From positions 1-60,202 of the forward strand of contig NW_021833669.1 in the NCBI RefSeq assembly GCF_006345805.1: DNA of 60,202 nt, in the 5' to 3' direction. Below, one piece after another: positions 24,664 to 36,670 of the stretch. Under the pieces are notes generated by a model. It made no database searches and had not been told where the DNA came from. It was given only the letters and a program-made list of their open reading frames with translations. The translations under genes and the position numbers were made by a program. How positions within the stretch are numbered: position 1 is the first letter of the stretch; the number at the start of each line of letters is the position of its first letter. The DNA comes from Octopus sinensis (lineage: Eukaryota).

Positions 24664-24745
24664 GTTACACTTTAGATGGTTTGATATATGTATAAATATA
24701 AAAATGGAAGAAAAGCGCAATAAGGGGCATGACGGCACATACTGA

Positions 24746-24912
24746 ACGTATACCGTATGTGTGTTTGCCGATAATCTTCGATATGGTGTGGTAGAAAAAA
24801 CGCCCTCAAAGCACTGGTTGTTCTAACACCCGGCGCTCGGAGGCGCTTTAAGGGAGTATTCTCTATCACGCCATATCGCAGCTTATCGGCAAACGGTCAT
24901 ACGGTATGCGTT
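24746..24912. mobile_element. Small foldback MITE with TACCGTA ends (pogo-like)
   Basis: TACCGTATG..GTTTGCCGATAA..CGATATGG pairs with CCATATCG..TTATCGGCAAAC..CATACGGTA; ~65 bp imperfect arms. Confidence 0.75.
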
Positions 24913-25199
24913 AAATATGAGTGGTTGATAATGTTTATTATATCAGAGTTGAATGTATATACTGGAAAATTTGGGGAAATATTTGACCTTGTCTCAAGGT
25001 TTGAGACAAAGAGAACTATGAACTAAAGAATCATACGACATTTGTATTCTTATCTTTGGTCGTGATAGCACCTAAAATTCAAAATGTGTCCTTTATATAT
25101 ATATATATGCGTGTGTGTGTGTGTGTGTATTTAGCAAGCCCTTATTATAATACGGCTTTCACTGTTAGGAGACTTAGGCATCATATCACCCTTGCTCCA

Positions 25200-26010
25200 A
25201 CAATCCATTTCTAATACTAAGCGGAGTTTCCGTAAGATTATGTGGTTAGCAACCCTCTTAAATGTTAAGTCAGATAATTACCCTAATTTATCTAATTCTG
25301 ATTGATAAATATTATCCCATTAAAGATTCTTATAGAAACTGTTCTGAAGGAACTGTTTAAATTTGAGTTACGATATATCCCCAGACATGAAAGATATTAT
25401 AATTACAAACTAACCAACTAAATTAACAGAAGCTAAGTGCAATTACAGAAACATCAATACATTCCCAGTCGGCTAGTTGTATGCACAGGCAATAATGTAT
25501 GAAGCAAAAGTCTGTTCCATTAAACTGAACTATACCACATAGTGTAAACACTACATTGGTATGCTGGAAAGTAGTTTTAGCTGAACTACACATCATTGTC
25601 ATATATATAGAGAAAATACAGCATTATCGGATTACATCTGGCATTATAAGGAGATTGATACTCACATTCGGAAATCTCGAAGAGAAGCAGATCATACTGT
25701 TAGGCGTTCAACTTTTCTACTTTTGAGAAGAGGCTCTTCTTGAACAATATCAACAATTCTCTTAATTATTTAAGCATATGATCGGATTTTCTTTACAAAT
25801 GACACCATTTCATCATGAATAAGTTAACATTTTGGATATTCACATTAGTTCAGGATTAAAATGATTTACATTGAATTATCATACACTCCCTACATATTTA
25901 ATTGGTCTATCATGTATTTCTTCCGCAATATTAAAAATTACATCATTACACTTTTCAGAACACCGCTAATTTCCCTGACGATTTAAGGATAATCTCAGAA
26001 ACTCGTCTGA
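25200..26010 (+). mobile_element. Decayed Penelope-like element (linker, GIY-YIG, 3' UTR)
   Basis: Frameshifted peptides RKIMW..LNVKS, LIDKYYP, CNYRNINTFP, AIMYEAKV, KHYIGMLESSF, TALSDYIWH, FEKRLFLNNINNSLN. Confidence 0.8.
25975..26007 (+). ncRNA. Minimal hammerhead ribozyme core at the PLE 3' end
   Basis: CTGACGA (25975-25981), stem II TAAG/CTCA (1 mismatch), GAAAC-TC-GTC (25998-26007). Helix I pairs poorly. Confidence 0.6.
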
Positions 26011-27038
26011 GCCGTTTTACAGATGCCTTTTGTTTTTATTACATTTCGTAATTGTTATGAAATCTAAAATAAATACTTAGTTTTAAAATTTTCATAGGAA
26101 TTATTCCCCTTGTAATATCTTAGAGTTACGGCATATAACAGGAAACAATTGCTATTTCTCACAAGATTAATGTGCTAGAATACCTTCGTGAAAGGTCGTC
26201 GTTCTAATATTGTCCGATAAAATTAGTAGAAATGCTGTCCCATGTTATATATATTGACTTTACAAGAAGTTCTGACATTGACAAATACCGAGGCCACACA
26301 CATACCAATAGTATGTAAGTGTAATGTTTTTTACTTCTTTCGTTTTATCAATGAGAAGACAAATTACTGTATGCATCAACGTAATTCTTCTTTCTTCGCC
26401 TATTTTATTAAACATAGCAATTTTTTCGTCCTCTTTTCAAACATCACATCACTTTCAGTGAAAAAGACGGGAGAATAATAATGTGTGTGTATGTGTGTGT
26501 GTGTGTTTCTGGGAGTATGGATATATTCGTGCATACTCGTTAGTGTGCATGTATGTATGCATGTATTCGTACATGCATATATGTATGTGTGCATATATAC
26601 AGGCATGTATGTTTTTATAAAGGTTTATATGTATAAGTACTTGTATGTATCATGTATATATGTATACATATCAGAGCATTTCATCTCAATAGCGAACCTG
26701 AATGAATATTTATTAAATGTGCACATGTTGACATTTAACATATAATTTATCCAGTCACAGTCTCAGTAGTAAAGTTCTTCTATTTAATACTCGCTGCTTA
26801 CGACATACATTGATATGTAAATGAATATCAACGTCTGTTTCTCATAAAATATTGTATAAGTAGCTCTTAGCTGCTTCACCTTTTTTCTGTAGAACAGATA
26901 GGAGTCGATACTCCTTAAGAGTGGGCAATAAGCAGTAGAAACTACACAGGCACGCTCAGGTTTCTCTTGCAGATAGAGGGCTATGGTTTTGCTATTTGAT
27001 ATGTATGCACATATGTATGTCTGTGTGTATATACACAC

Positions 27039-27290
27039 CATGGATCCACGTTATCTAAGAAACGTTTCATATTCGATCTTGGCACCATGTCGCCGACAAG
27101 TTTAAAAAAACAAAACAATATTCCTTCTACTCCTAGACCTCCTTTTCCTCCCCTCTCTCCACATATTTCCCCTTCATCTCATTGGTCACTCTGACTGCTT
27201 TTCCTCATTTCATTACTTTTTCCTCTCCCTTAGCGCACTGTTTCTCTTACCATTCTTTGTTCACGTATGAAGCGCACGTAGTCTTACGTT
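27039..27290 (+). mobile_element. Penelope-like 3' fragment, same lineage as 1-590
   Basis: HGSTLSKKRFIFDLGTMSPTSLKK aligns by eye to HGPCFSRKQKEQRLIFDLGTISPTGMKK; a pyrimidine-rich UTR follows. Confidence 0.7.
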
Positions 27291-27319
27291 CCTACTCAAT
27301 TGCAGCCATATATATATGT

Positions 27320-27464
27320 TTAAAAGAAGCTTGCTTCCGAACCACATGGTTCCGGGTTCAGTCCCACTGCGTGGCAACTTGGCCAAGTGTCTTCTACTTT
27401 AGTCTCGGGCCGACTAAAGCCTTGCAAGTGGATTTGGTAGACGGAAACTGAAAGAAGCACGTCG

Positions 27465-27470
<6 letters not shown>
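27320..27470 (+). mobile_element. CORE-SINE 5' half running into (TG)n
   Basis: AAGCTTGCTTCCGAACCACATGGTTCCGGGTTCAGTCCCACTGCGTGGCAACTTGGCCAAGTGTCTTCTAC...GGAAACTGAAAGAAGC. Confidence 0.9.
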
Positions 27471-27499
<29 letters not shown>

Positions 27500-27982
27500 A
27501 ATTATGTATGTATATATGTATGTATGTATGTATGTATCTATCTATCTATCTAACAATCTATGTATCTATGTATGTGTATATGCTTGTCACGGAATATTTA
27601 TACATGCATATAGATAGTAATATACACTTACATAAATGTCAGTGGCACCAATATTGATAGTTATTCCACTGATCTCCCACAATGCCAACATACGAGGTGG
27701 CAGAAGAAAATAGAGGAAAAACGTGTAAGTTTTGCGCACTTAACGTACAAACAATGATACACACACACACACACACACATATATATAATTATATATATAT
27801 ATATACATTCGTATATATTTAAACATACATACACAATCACACACATACACACATGCATATAGATATACACACACATACAACATATATGAGTGTATACATA
27901 TATTTGTATATATCTACGTGAACATGTATAACATAACATACATACATAAATACATACATAGATACATAGTATATATATATAT

Positions 27983-28060
<78 letters not shown>

Positions 28061-28326
28061 CATATTTACATGATTTAGTGCAGCTATAGAATGAATACTT
28101 GTATGATATACGCCATTTTTTATTTATTATTTTATATTTAATTCATTTTATATGTAAGTGTTTGTTTTCCAATTTATTATTGTTCTGTATTATTGCTAAT
28201 GCGCAATATTGTTTTTGCCGCTAATTATTTTCATATGATCTGATGTGCTGGAAGAAATTCAGAACTAAATAGACCATTGAACACACAAATCGTTATCGCC
28301 CATGTAGTCTTTCTATGTACGCATGG

Positions 28327-28357
<31 letters not shown>

Positions 28358-28714
28358 TGTATGTATGTATGTATGTATGTATGTATGTATGTATGTATGT
28401 ATGTATGCATGTATGTATGTATGTATGTATGCATGCGTCTATGAACGTTTGTATGTATGTATGCCAGTTTCTATGTATATATGTTTAGGTGAGTGTATAT
28501 GTGTGTGTGCGTGTGTGTATTTGTGTATTTGTGTGTATGTGTGTGGGGGGTACATGTACATGTATGTATCTATGTGTGAAAGTGTGTTTGGATAGATGGA
28601 AATACAAATGTATATATACATACGTAAATTTATATGCGAGATGCATTTATGTGCGCGCGCACACACACGCATATTTATATTATAACATCCATATATATAT
28701 ATATTATATATATA

Positions 28715-28768
<54 letters not shown>

Positions 28769-28780
28769 ATAGATGGTGTG

Positions 28781-28813
<33 letters not shown>

Positions 28814-29233
28814 GTATATCATATATATAATATGTATCTATATATGTATATATATAGAGAGAGAGATAGATAGATAGATAAGATAGATAGATAGATAGAT
28901 GATAGATAGATAGATAGATAGATAGATAGCTAGATAGATAGATAGATAGATAGATATCCATATTGTACTTGTGTGTGCCGAAATTTTGATATATAACATA
29001 TATATAAATGTGTATATATACATTTGTGTGTGTGTGTGTGTGACTGTGTGTGCATATATATCTATATTTATATATATATATACGTGTGTGTGTGTGTATG
29101 CGTACATGTGTGTATATATTTATGCTTGTATGTGTGTACACACACGCGCACACACAACACTAACACACACACACACATACATACATACATACATACATAC
29201 ATACATGCATGCATACATACATCACATACAACA

Positions 29234-29310
<77 letters not shown>

Positions 29311-29974
29311 ATAATCCCCTACATACATGTGTTCGTTGTAGTGAGTATGTTATATACATGTATGTCTGTGATATGTATATCACGGTACTGATATACTGAT
29401 ATTAGTAAACACTATGATGAAGCTTATAATTTTAACAGTGTTTTCTCTAGTGTGAGAGATATATCTCTCTCTGTAGGTCGCATCTCTGAGTAGATAGATT
29501 TCTATTCCTCCCGCACATGTTCAATATTGTTGGCTTCAGTTTACTTTCTTATTGACGCTATGAAATGGATAACCGTAATAGAATCCCATCTCACAAGTTG
29601 TTGTTGTTCTACTTCGTCGTCTTCTTCTTCTTCTTCTTCTTGGTGGTGGTAGCGGTTTGGAAGAGGGAAGAGATGGTGCTAGTGCTGCAGTGGTTAGTGG
29701 TGTTGTTAAATCCTTTCTTTATTCTATATTTTTGTTTCTCTTGAATCACGGTGCTTATCTTCGGTTTCCGTAACGTTGAGAGCGCACGAAAAACAAATCT
29801 CTTCACTCCCTCTGGGATATGACGCTGGTCTAACGCCCAAACCGGAATTTATTTTGTTTCCTATTTTTATTTATTTATTTTTTCAATTTTTTTTCTTTTA
29901 CTTGTTTCAGTTATTAAACTGCAGCCATGCTGGGGCAGCGCCTTGAAGAATTTTTTTAGTCGAATGAATCAGCC

Positions 29975-30065
29975 TATGGCGTAATGGTTAAGAGCGCGGG
30001 CTACTAACCCCAAGATTCCGAGTTTGATTCCAAGCAGTTACCTGAACAACAACAACAACAACAAC

Positions 30066-30097
<32 letters not shown>

Positions 30098-30240
30098 TAA
30101 TAATAATAACAACAACAACATCGAAAAATACATTAGGAATGAAAACCCAGGTTCGAAATTTCTCCAAGACACTTGATGAAGGCTGGAGAGCACGTTGTGT
30201 TAACAACAAACAAAATGAAGAAAAATATCCGTCGAATGTA
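29975..30240 (+). mobile_element. tRNA-headed SINE with (AAC/AAT)n spacer and a tail bearing a hammerhead-like remnant
   Basis: A-box TGGCGTAATGG, B-box GTTTGATTCC, triplet run, then TTGATGAAGGCTGG..ACGTTG (30173-30196). Confidence 0.6.
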
Positions 30241-30711
30241 AATAATATAAATAATGTAAATAATGTGCAATATATTTAAAGCTTTAATTGGTTTCACAGT
30301 TTATACTGATTTTCGAAAACAGAAAAAAGGGCTTATGTCGCAGCTGTTTTGCTTCTGACTAGTGTTTGAAGCTTTCCCTATTATTATAGTGTTCATGGCT
30401 CAAATTAGTATATGTTTTGAATAGGATTTGATTGGTAGAGCATAGTTACATGACTGGTCTTCAAATTTTTTGTAGGTTCCCCGCTATATCAAGTGACGAC
30501 GTTTGCCGTCGTAAGTTAAGGCTGACACGGTTGACTGAACATGTCCAAACAATCAATGCTCTGAATGTTTTCTGTCAAGTGTTTGTAGAGAATGAACACA
30601 TAATTAAGTTTATAACCTTTTGTACCTTTCCGCAACGTCCGAGTGTTTAGTGTCACGAGACAGTATATTTTGTGCCTAAAATGAAGGTCGACACGGTTGA
30701 GTGAACATGTT

Positions 30712-32050
30712 TAGTTTCAATCAAGAAAACTGGAATCGTTACTTAGATGACTGCCTAATCCTATGGGTGCACGTATTTGATCAACTTATAGATTTAAAAA
30801 CTCTAATCAACAGCGTAAACTATAATATTAATTTTACCTTAGAATGCAATAAAAGTCAACAACCGTTCCTGGATATACTAATCATCAAAAGAAACATCAT
30901 TGAAACAGATATTCACTATAAACAAACAGATTCTAAACAATACTTACTCTTCTTCTCATGCAATCCCAAACACACGAAGAATAATATTCCCTTTAATCTG
31001 CACAATTGTCTCAAACCCCGAAACTCGCAATAAAAGACTCCAGGAACTAAAACAAGTACTACTTAAAAGACAATATCCATTAATGTTAATAGACAACGGA
31101 ATAGAAAGTACCAAAGCAATGAATATCGAAGAACTATGAAAAACGGAAAACGCTCCAGAGACAACCAATACTCTATTCTATATTACAAGATAGTGGAGGC
31201 GCGTGGCTTAGTAGTTAGGGTGTCAGCACCATGATCGTAAGATTGTCGTTTCGATTCCTGGACCGGGCGACGCGTTGTGTTCTTGAGCAAACAGTTCATT
31301 TCACGTTGCTCCAGTCCACTCAGCTGGCAAAAATGAGTAACGCTGCGATGGACTGGTGTCCCGTCCAGCTGGGGAACACATACGCCATAGAAACCGGGAA
31401 ACCGGGCCCATGAGCCTGACTAGTCTTTAAAAGGGCGCATTTATTTATTTATTATATTACAAGATAACCCAAGAAACACAGAGGTTTACAATAGTATTCA
31501 CGGAACATCCCACTACTAAAGCAAGACCCAAAAATGAAACAAGCATTCGAAATACACAAAATAATCAAAAGTAAAAGACAATCAAAGTCCATCAAAAAAT
31601 TCCCCCCAAGTGCTAAATTATCTTCCTTAATTCCTATATCAACAGTCAAAAAGTCTGGCCGCCCCAATTCCGGGACTTGCATCAATGTTATTGAAGAGAC
31701 AGCATGCAAATTCAAATCTGGACAGATTTTTACCGTGAAAAAATCATTTTACATGTTCTTCAAGGAATTTAATATATACTATCAAATGTCAAAGAGATAA
31801 TGAAGATTACATAAGTCAAACAAAGCTTACTCTAAGAAACAGACTGAACATTTACCGGCAAGTAGAAATAAATCACGTTATATCACATCTGCAAAGTCTT
31901 TTGATCTCAAATTTATTCAATGTTGATTTGAAACTGAAGAAGAACAAAAAGAAAAAAAGCAGAAAATCAAAATTTGGAGGCGTGTTCTTACAAACTATTA
32001 AATATGAATAACTACTCTTCAATAGATATGCACGACATTCAACTAAGGAA
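30712..32050 (+). mobile_element. Decayed Neptune-type Penelope-like element (RT C-terminal half, thumb, Zn linker, GIY-YIG), interrupted by a SINE
   Basis: WNRYLDDCLILW, INFTLECNKSQQPFLDILI, TDIHYKQTDSKQYL, KRLQELKQVLLKRQYP, TVKKSGRPNSGTC, TCSSRNLIYTIKC..NEDYISQTK..LRNRL across frameshifts. Confidence 0.88.
31193..31452 (+). mobile_element. tRNA-derived SINE with 14-bp target-site duplication
   Basis: Head GTGGAGGCGCGTGGCTTAGTAG..GTTTCGATTCC, central GCGATGGACTGGTGTCCCGTCCAG, (ATTT)n tail. TATATTACAAGATA occurs at 31179-31192 and 31453-31466. Confidence 0.9.
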
Positions 32051-32259
32051 AACATGAAAGAAAATTACATTGAAATAAGACTGATCTTATTTCATGGCAT
32101 TGCGTATTGATTAAATTATTCTAGTAGTTTTCTGGTCTGTAATTTTATTATTAAATTTGTCAAAGATATCATATTGTATCTTGGGAGGGTCATTACAAAA
32201 ACAGAGCTTGTTAAAGATATTTGCAAGCTTAGATTTATGAAATGCATTTAGATTCACTC

Positions 32260-32673
32260 TGCCGTAAGGCTTCATTTCCACACACGCCAGCTGAATTCAA
32301 TTCGTCCCCAGTCGAAAGACGCCTGTTATTATGTCCTGTTATTAGTATTATTATTGTTTTTTTCTATTGTATTTTTGTATTTATATTCGTGTAACATCGT
32401 CTGTTTTCCCGTCCTTGTTTCGTATACATTCCATGCTTTATTTTTCCAAGGAATCTAATGATTTTAGCTTAGTTTTTCTTTGGGGCTGGTCAGATTGGAG
32501 CAATCTCAAGATTAATCAGCCGAAATTGCGAGGATGATCCGGTTCTTGACTGAAGATAAAAGACTTCGAATGACCCGTCCGTGTTTTTTGTATCGTCTAT
32601 CTGGATGTTTTGTTATCTCTTTTTGTATCACCTAGTTGTTCGGATGTTTTGCGTTCTGTCCCATTTTTTTCTC

Positions 32674-32675
<2 letters not shown>
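32260..32675 (+). mobile_element. Non-coding repeat family X, copy closest to 17048-17640
   Basis: CTGCCGTAAG..CACGCCAGCT..GTCGAAAGACGCCTG...GGGGCTGGTCAGATTGGAGCAATCTCAAGATTAATCAGCCGAAATTGCGAGGATGATCCGGTTCTTGACTGAAGA..CTTCGAATGACCCGTC; ends in (TA)n. Confidence 0.85.
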
Positions 32676-32732
<57 letters not shown>

Positions 32733-33267
32733 CTAATTGACCAATCATCGGTTCGATTTCCACTCATTTATTTATTTTTTCTAAAATTTTCGTTGCTTCT
32801 TGCAACCTCTTCAATAGTCGTTGACTTCGTCCGTTATCGGAGCTGCGTTCTTTTTGTTTCGATGTTTGTGTGCATGTGTGCGTGAGTGTCAGTGTACATG
32901 TGTATACATACATGCATGCATGCACGTATGTATGTTTGTATGTATGTGTGTGTATGTATGTAAGTATATATGTTTGTATATTTGTATGTTTCCATAGCAG
33001 CTTTCTTTCCGTAACTTACAAAGCCTTTCGGGTTTATTTACACACACACACACACACACGTATATATTTATAGTTTAGGACAATCAGTATGTTATAATTA
33101 TAGTACTCAGAGTTTCAAATGCGAGGGCGAAGAGCTACCATGCATTCTCGTCGGCTATTAATTTGATTTTGATTTGATTTTTCCAGTTTCAGCTAATGAG
33201 CTGTGGCCATGCTGGCAATAGACGCTATGAAAAACCGTTCAATAAAAGGGAAGTTACAACATATATA

Positions 33268-33593
<326 letters not shown>

Positions 33594-33863
33594 CAACGAA
33601 GACCAGCTTTATTGATAGTAGTTATTAAATCAAGTTGGCGAAGTTGGTGAATTACGTTATGTAATCTGACCTTAGTTAAACATTCAGGATATCAAATATG
33701 GCAGTTTTGTGACGTCACTAAGATCGCCTCGTTTCCTTTCCAGCTACCACTCGTTCTTCGTTAGGCCTTTATCAACCTTTCGGGCTTACCTTACCCCAGC
33801 CTCTTTCACCTCTTTATATCTCACTACATGCATACATACATAAATATATACATACACACACAC

Positions 33864-33914
<51 letters not shown>

Positions 33915-34439
33915 CATATATATATATACATACACACATATATATATAAATATATATATACTCATATATATATATAAATACATATATATATACATATATA
34001 TAGATACATACCTACATATATATATATATGTATACGTATATATATATATACACATGATCACACAAACAAACGTACATATTTCTGTGTTTCGTCGTTTCCT
34101 CGGGAGGAAGGACAAAAGATGTGTACATATGTATATGCGCGCGTATGTATGTATATCTCTTTATTTACATATGTACATACATACATATGTATATATACAT
34201 ATATATACATTACATATATATACATATATATACATACATACTCTTATGTGTGTGTATGTATCACTGTCTGTGTGTCTCTGTGTGTGTGCATGTGTGTATC
34301 GCTCTATGCTCCATTGCTCCTTCGCACTCGTTTCTCCCAGGAGGAAAGTGGACAAAAATGTAACTTACCACAAAGTAATTTCTCAATTTCAGCTCTTTGT
34401 ATACTTTTGAATCTTTATGGTCGATTTACTGTGCAATGC

Positions 34440-34925
34440 TGGTTGTCGTAACGGTGACAGTAGCAGTGGTGACAGTGGGGATAATGATGTCTTCTGGTCG
34501 TCACTCTAGCAGCAGTGAAGGTGGTGGTGGTGGCGGCGGTGAAGGTGGTGGTGGCGGTAGTGTAGTGTTGGTGGTGTCAATGGTAGTTGTCGTGTTGGTA
34601 ATGATGGTGGTGGTAGTGGTGAAGGTAATGGTAGTCGTAGTGTGGGTGGTGGCGATGTTGATGACTGATCATATTGATTGTGGTGCATATCACATTAATA
34701 ATTGTTGTAGATGAAATGATGATGAGGAGGATTAAGAAGAGAAGGGGAGGGGAGAGAAGAATGACGATGATGATGGTGAGAAGGAGGAGGTGGGAGAGGA
34801 GGTTGATGACGACGACGGGGAGGACGAGAACGAGGAAGTGGACATGACGACAACGCTGAAGATGACGATTATAATGAGAAATATCATGATGATCATAATG
34901 GTCATGATGAGGAAAACGATAATAA
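34440..34925. repeat. G-rich degenerate triplet tract (GGT/GAT/GAG)
   Basis: Direct sequence. Confidence 0.9.
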
Positions 34926-35676
34926 TTAATTTGCTGTTGGCAAGGAACGGGTAAGAAATATTCAGCTACTTCCCGTTTATGCATTACATAAGCAGTTTTC
35001 TCTCCCAATGTATTTGTGAAAATTTCAGATCGAACGATACCCAACATATTAAAAAGCTATTCTTACTCGTACATGAGAACAATGCTAATGTAGTTGTTTT
35101 GCTCAATATAATCCCTAATTGTGCAGACCTATAAACAAATGAAAACTAGCGTTGACCATGCTATAATCGTTTTACCTTCTTTCTCTTTCTTACATATTTT
35201 TTCAGGGTCAGAATATCTAGGATTGTATGAGAAATGCAATCCTATATATACTGAGTCTCCTTTTTTTACTTTTAGGCCGTACAGTGTGATACGAGAAAAA
35301 TTTCACTGGAATTTCTTGTAGCCCGAGCGACCACTAAGCATAATATTTTCTAAATATTAGCAAATGGAATCATCAGAATTCGTCTTCTATATCGGCATTC
35401 AAAGACGGATCTAACTTAAAATCCCAACACTCTCTGATGTGAATTTTAGAATCTCAGTTTAGGAAATATCAGCTTGACGGTTTCTTATTTGGATCCACTG
35501 GCACAGTATGTCTGTCACACGATGAATGCAGGCATTATAGTTGTGGTTGAGGATTAATCCAGGTCAACTCAAATCGAGTAGTTCTATTACCAAAGTTATT
35601 AAAACGCGATAATACCGTCTTTTCATTTTGGAATTTGGTTTGCAAGATTCATTATGTGAGTTCATGTGTTGAAGCA

Positions 35677-35968
35677 TATTCTGTTGTGTTTGGGGAGAGT
35701 CATTTTCTTTTTGTGCCTTATAATTTAACACACACACCGGTAAAATTTCCACTTATTTCTTATTTTTATTTTCCTAACATTTTCGTTGTGTCTTACAACC
35801 TTTTCAATAGTCTTGACACTGTCCGTTGTCAAGACTATTGAAAAGGTTGCAAGATACAACAATAATTTTAGGAAAATAAAAATAAGGAACAAGTGGAAAT
35901 TTTACCGGTGTGTGTGTTAAATTATAAACCACAAAAAGAAAATGACTCTCCCCAGACACACCAGAATA
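35677..35968. repeat. Long near-perfect palindrome, ~142 bp arms, 8-nt loop
   Basis: Left arm TATTCTG..GGGGAGAGTCATTTTC..AATAGTCTTGACA (35677-35818) mirrors TGTCAAGACTATT..GAAAATGACTCTCCCC..CAGAATA (35827-35968). Confidence 0.92.
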
Positions 35969-36480
35969 CCGTCTTTTACTTTTCAGTTAACCTAGTCAAT
36001 ACCATTTTCTTCCTCTATTTTCTCTATATTTTCTATATAAGTGCAAAAGCTATTTTCTCTATAAGTGCAAAAGCTTGAAACGTTAGACATTTCTCCTCAA
36101 ATAAACCGACTATACTTAATAAGATTCTACGAACTCTTCTGCTAATTAATTGCTGCTCACGCAGACCTCAACTTTTGTTCGGATTGCAGTTTTATACTTC
36201 AAGTAGAAGCTACTCTTATCTCTGAAGAGACCAGAAATATCTGACAAATAACATTGAAATAATCGATCGAAATTTCAGCAATTCAGGAAAAACAGTACGT
36301 ATTAGATATTTATCTAAGCTGGTTAGCTAGAAAATTCGTACGTCTTTAGAGCATCAAAGGAAAGAAGTACCACGGAGTTGGGTTTTTTTTTGCTTGATAT
36401 TTTTCTTCCAGTGCTGGATTGGCGATGCTACTAATAGTAAATAATAATAGGGTATTTTTTTAAATTTACATTTTATGCTT

Positions 36481-36670
36481 TATCGTTCTTCATAGGACTG
36501 CGGTCTTAGAGAATTTAGTCGTACAAATTGACACTAAGGCTTATATTTCATCTAGTACTTATTCTATCGGCCTCTTTTTACCGAACTACTAATTTACGGG
36601 GACGTAAACAAACCAACACCGAGTGTCAAGCGATAGGTGGAGAACGAAGACACAAAGTGACACACACACA
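36481..36670 (-). mobile_element. CORE-SINE 3' tail
   Basis: TAGTACTTATTCTATCGGCCTC..ACGGGGACGTAAACAAACCAACACCGAGTGTCAAGCG. Confidence 0.8.

Noticed and set aside
34700-34955. Acidic-looking reading ending at a GG/GTAAG donor-like site
   Set aside because: Low-complexity triplet origin and no acceptor or partner exon.
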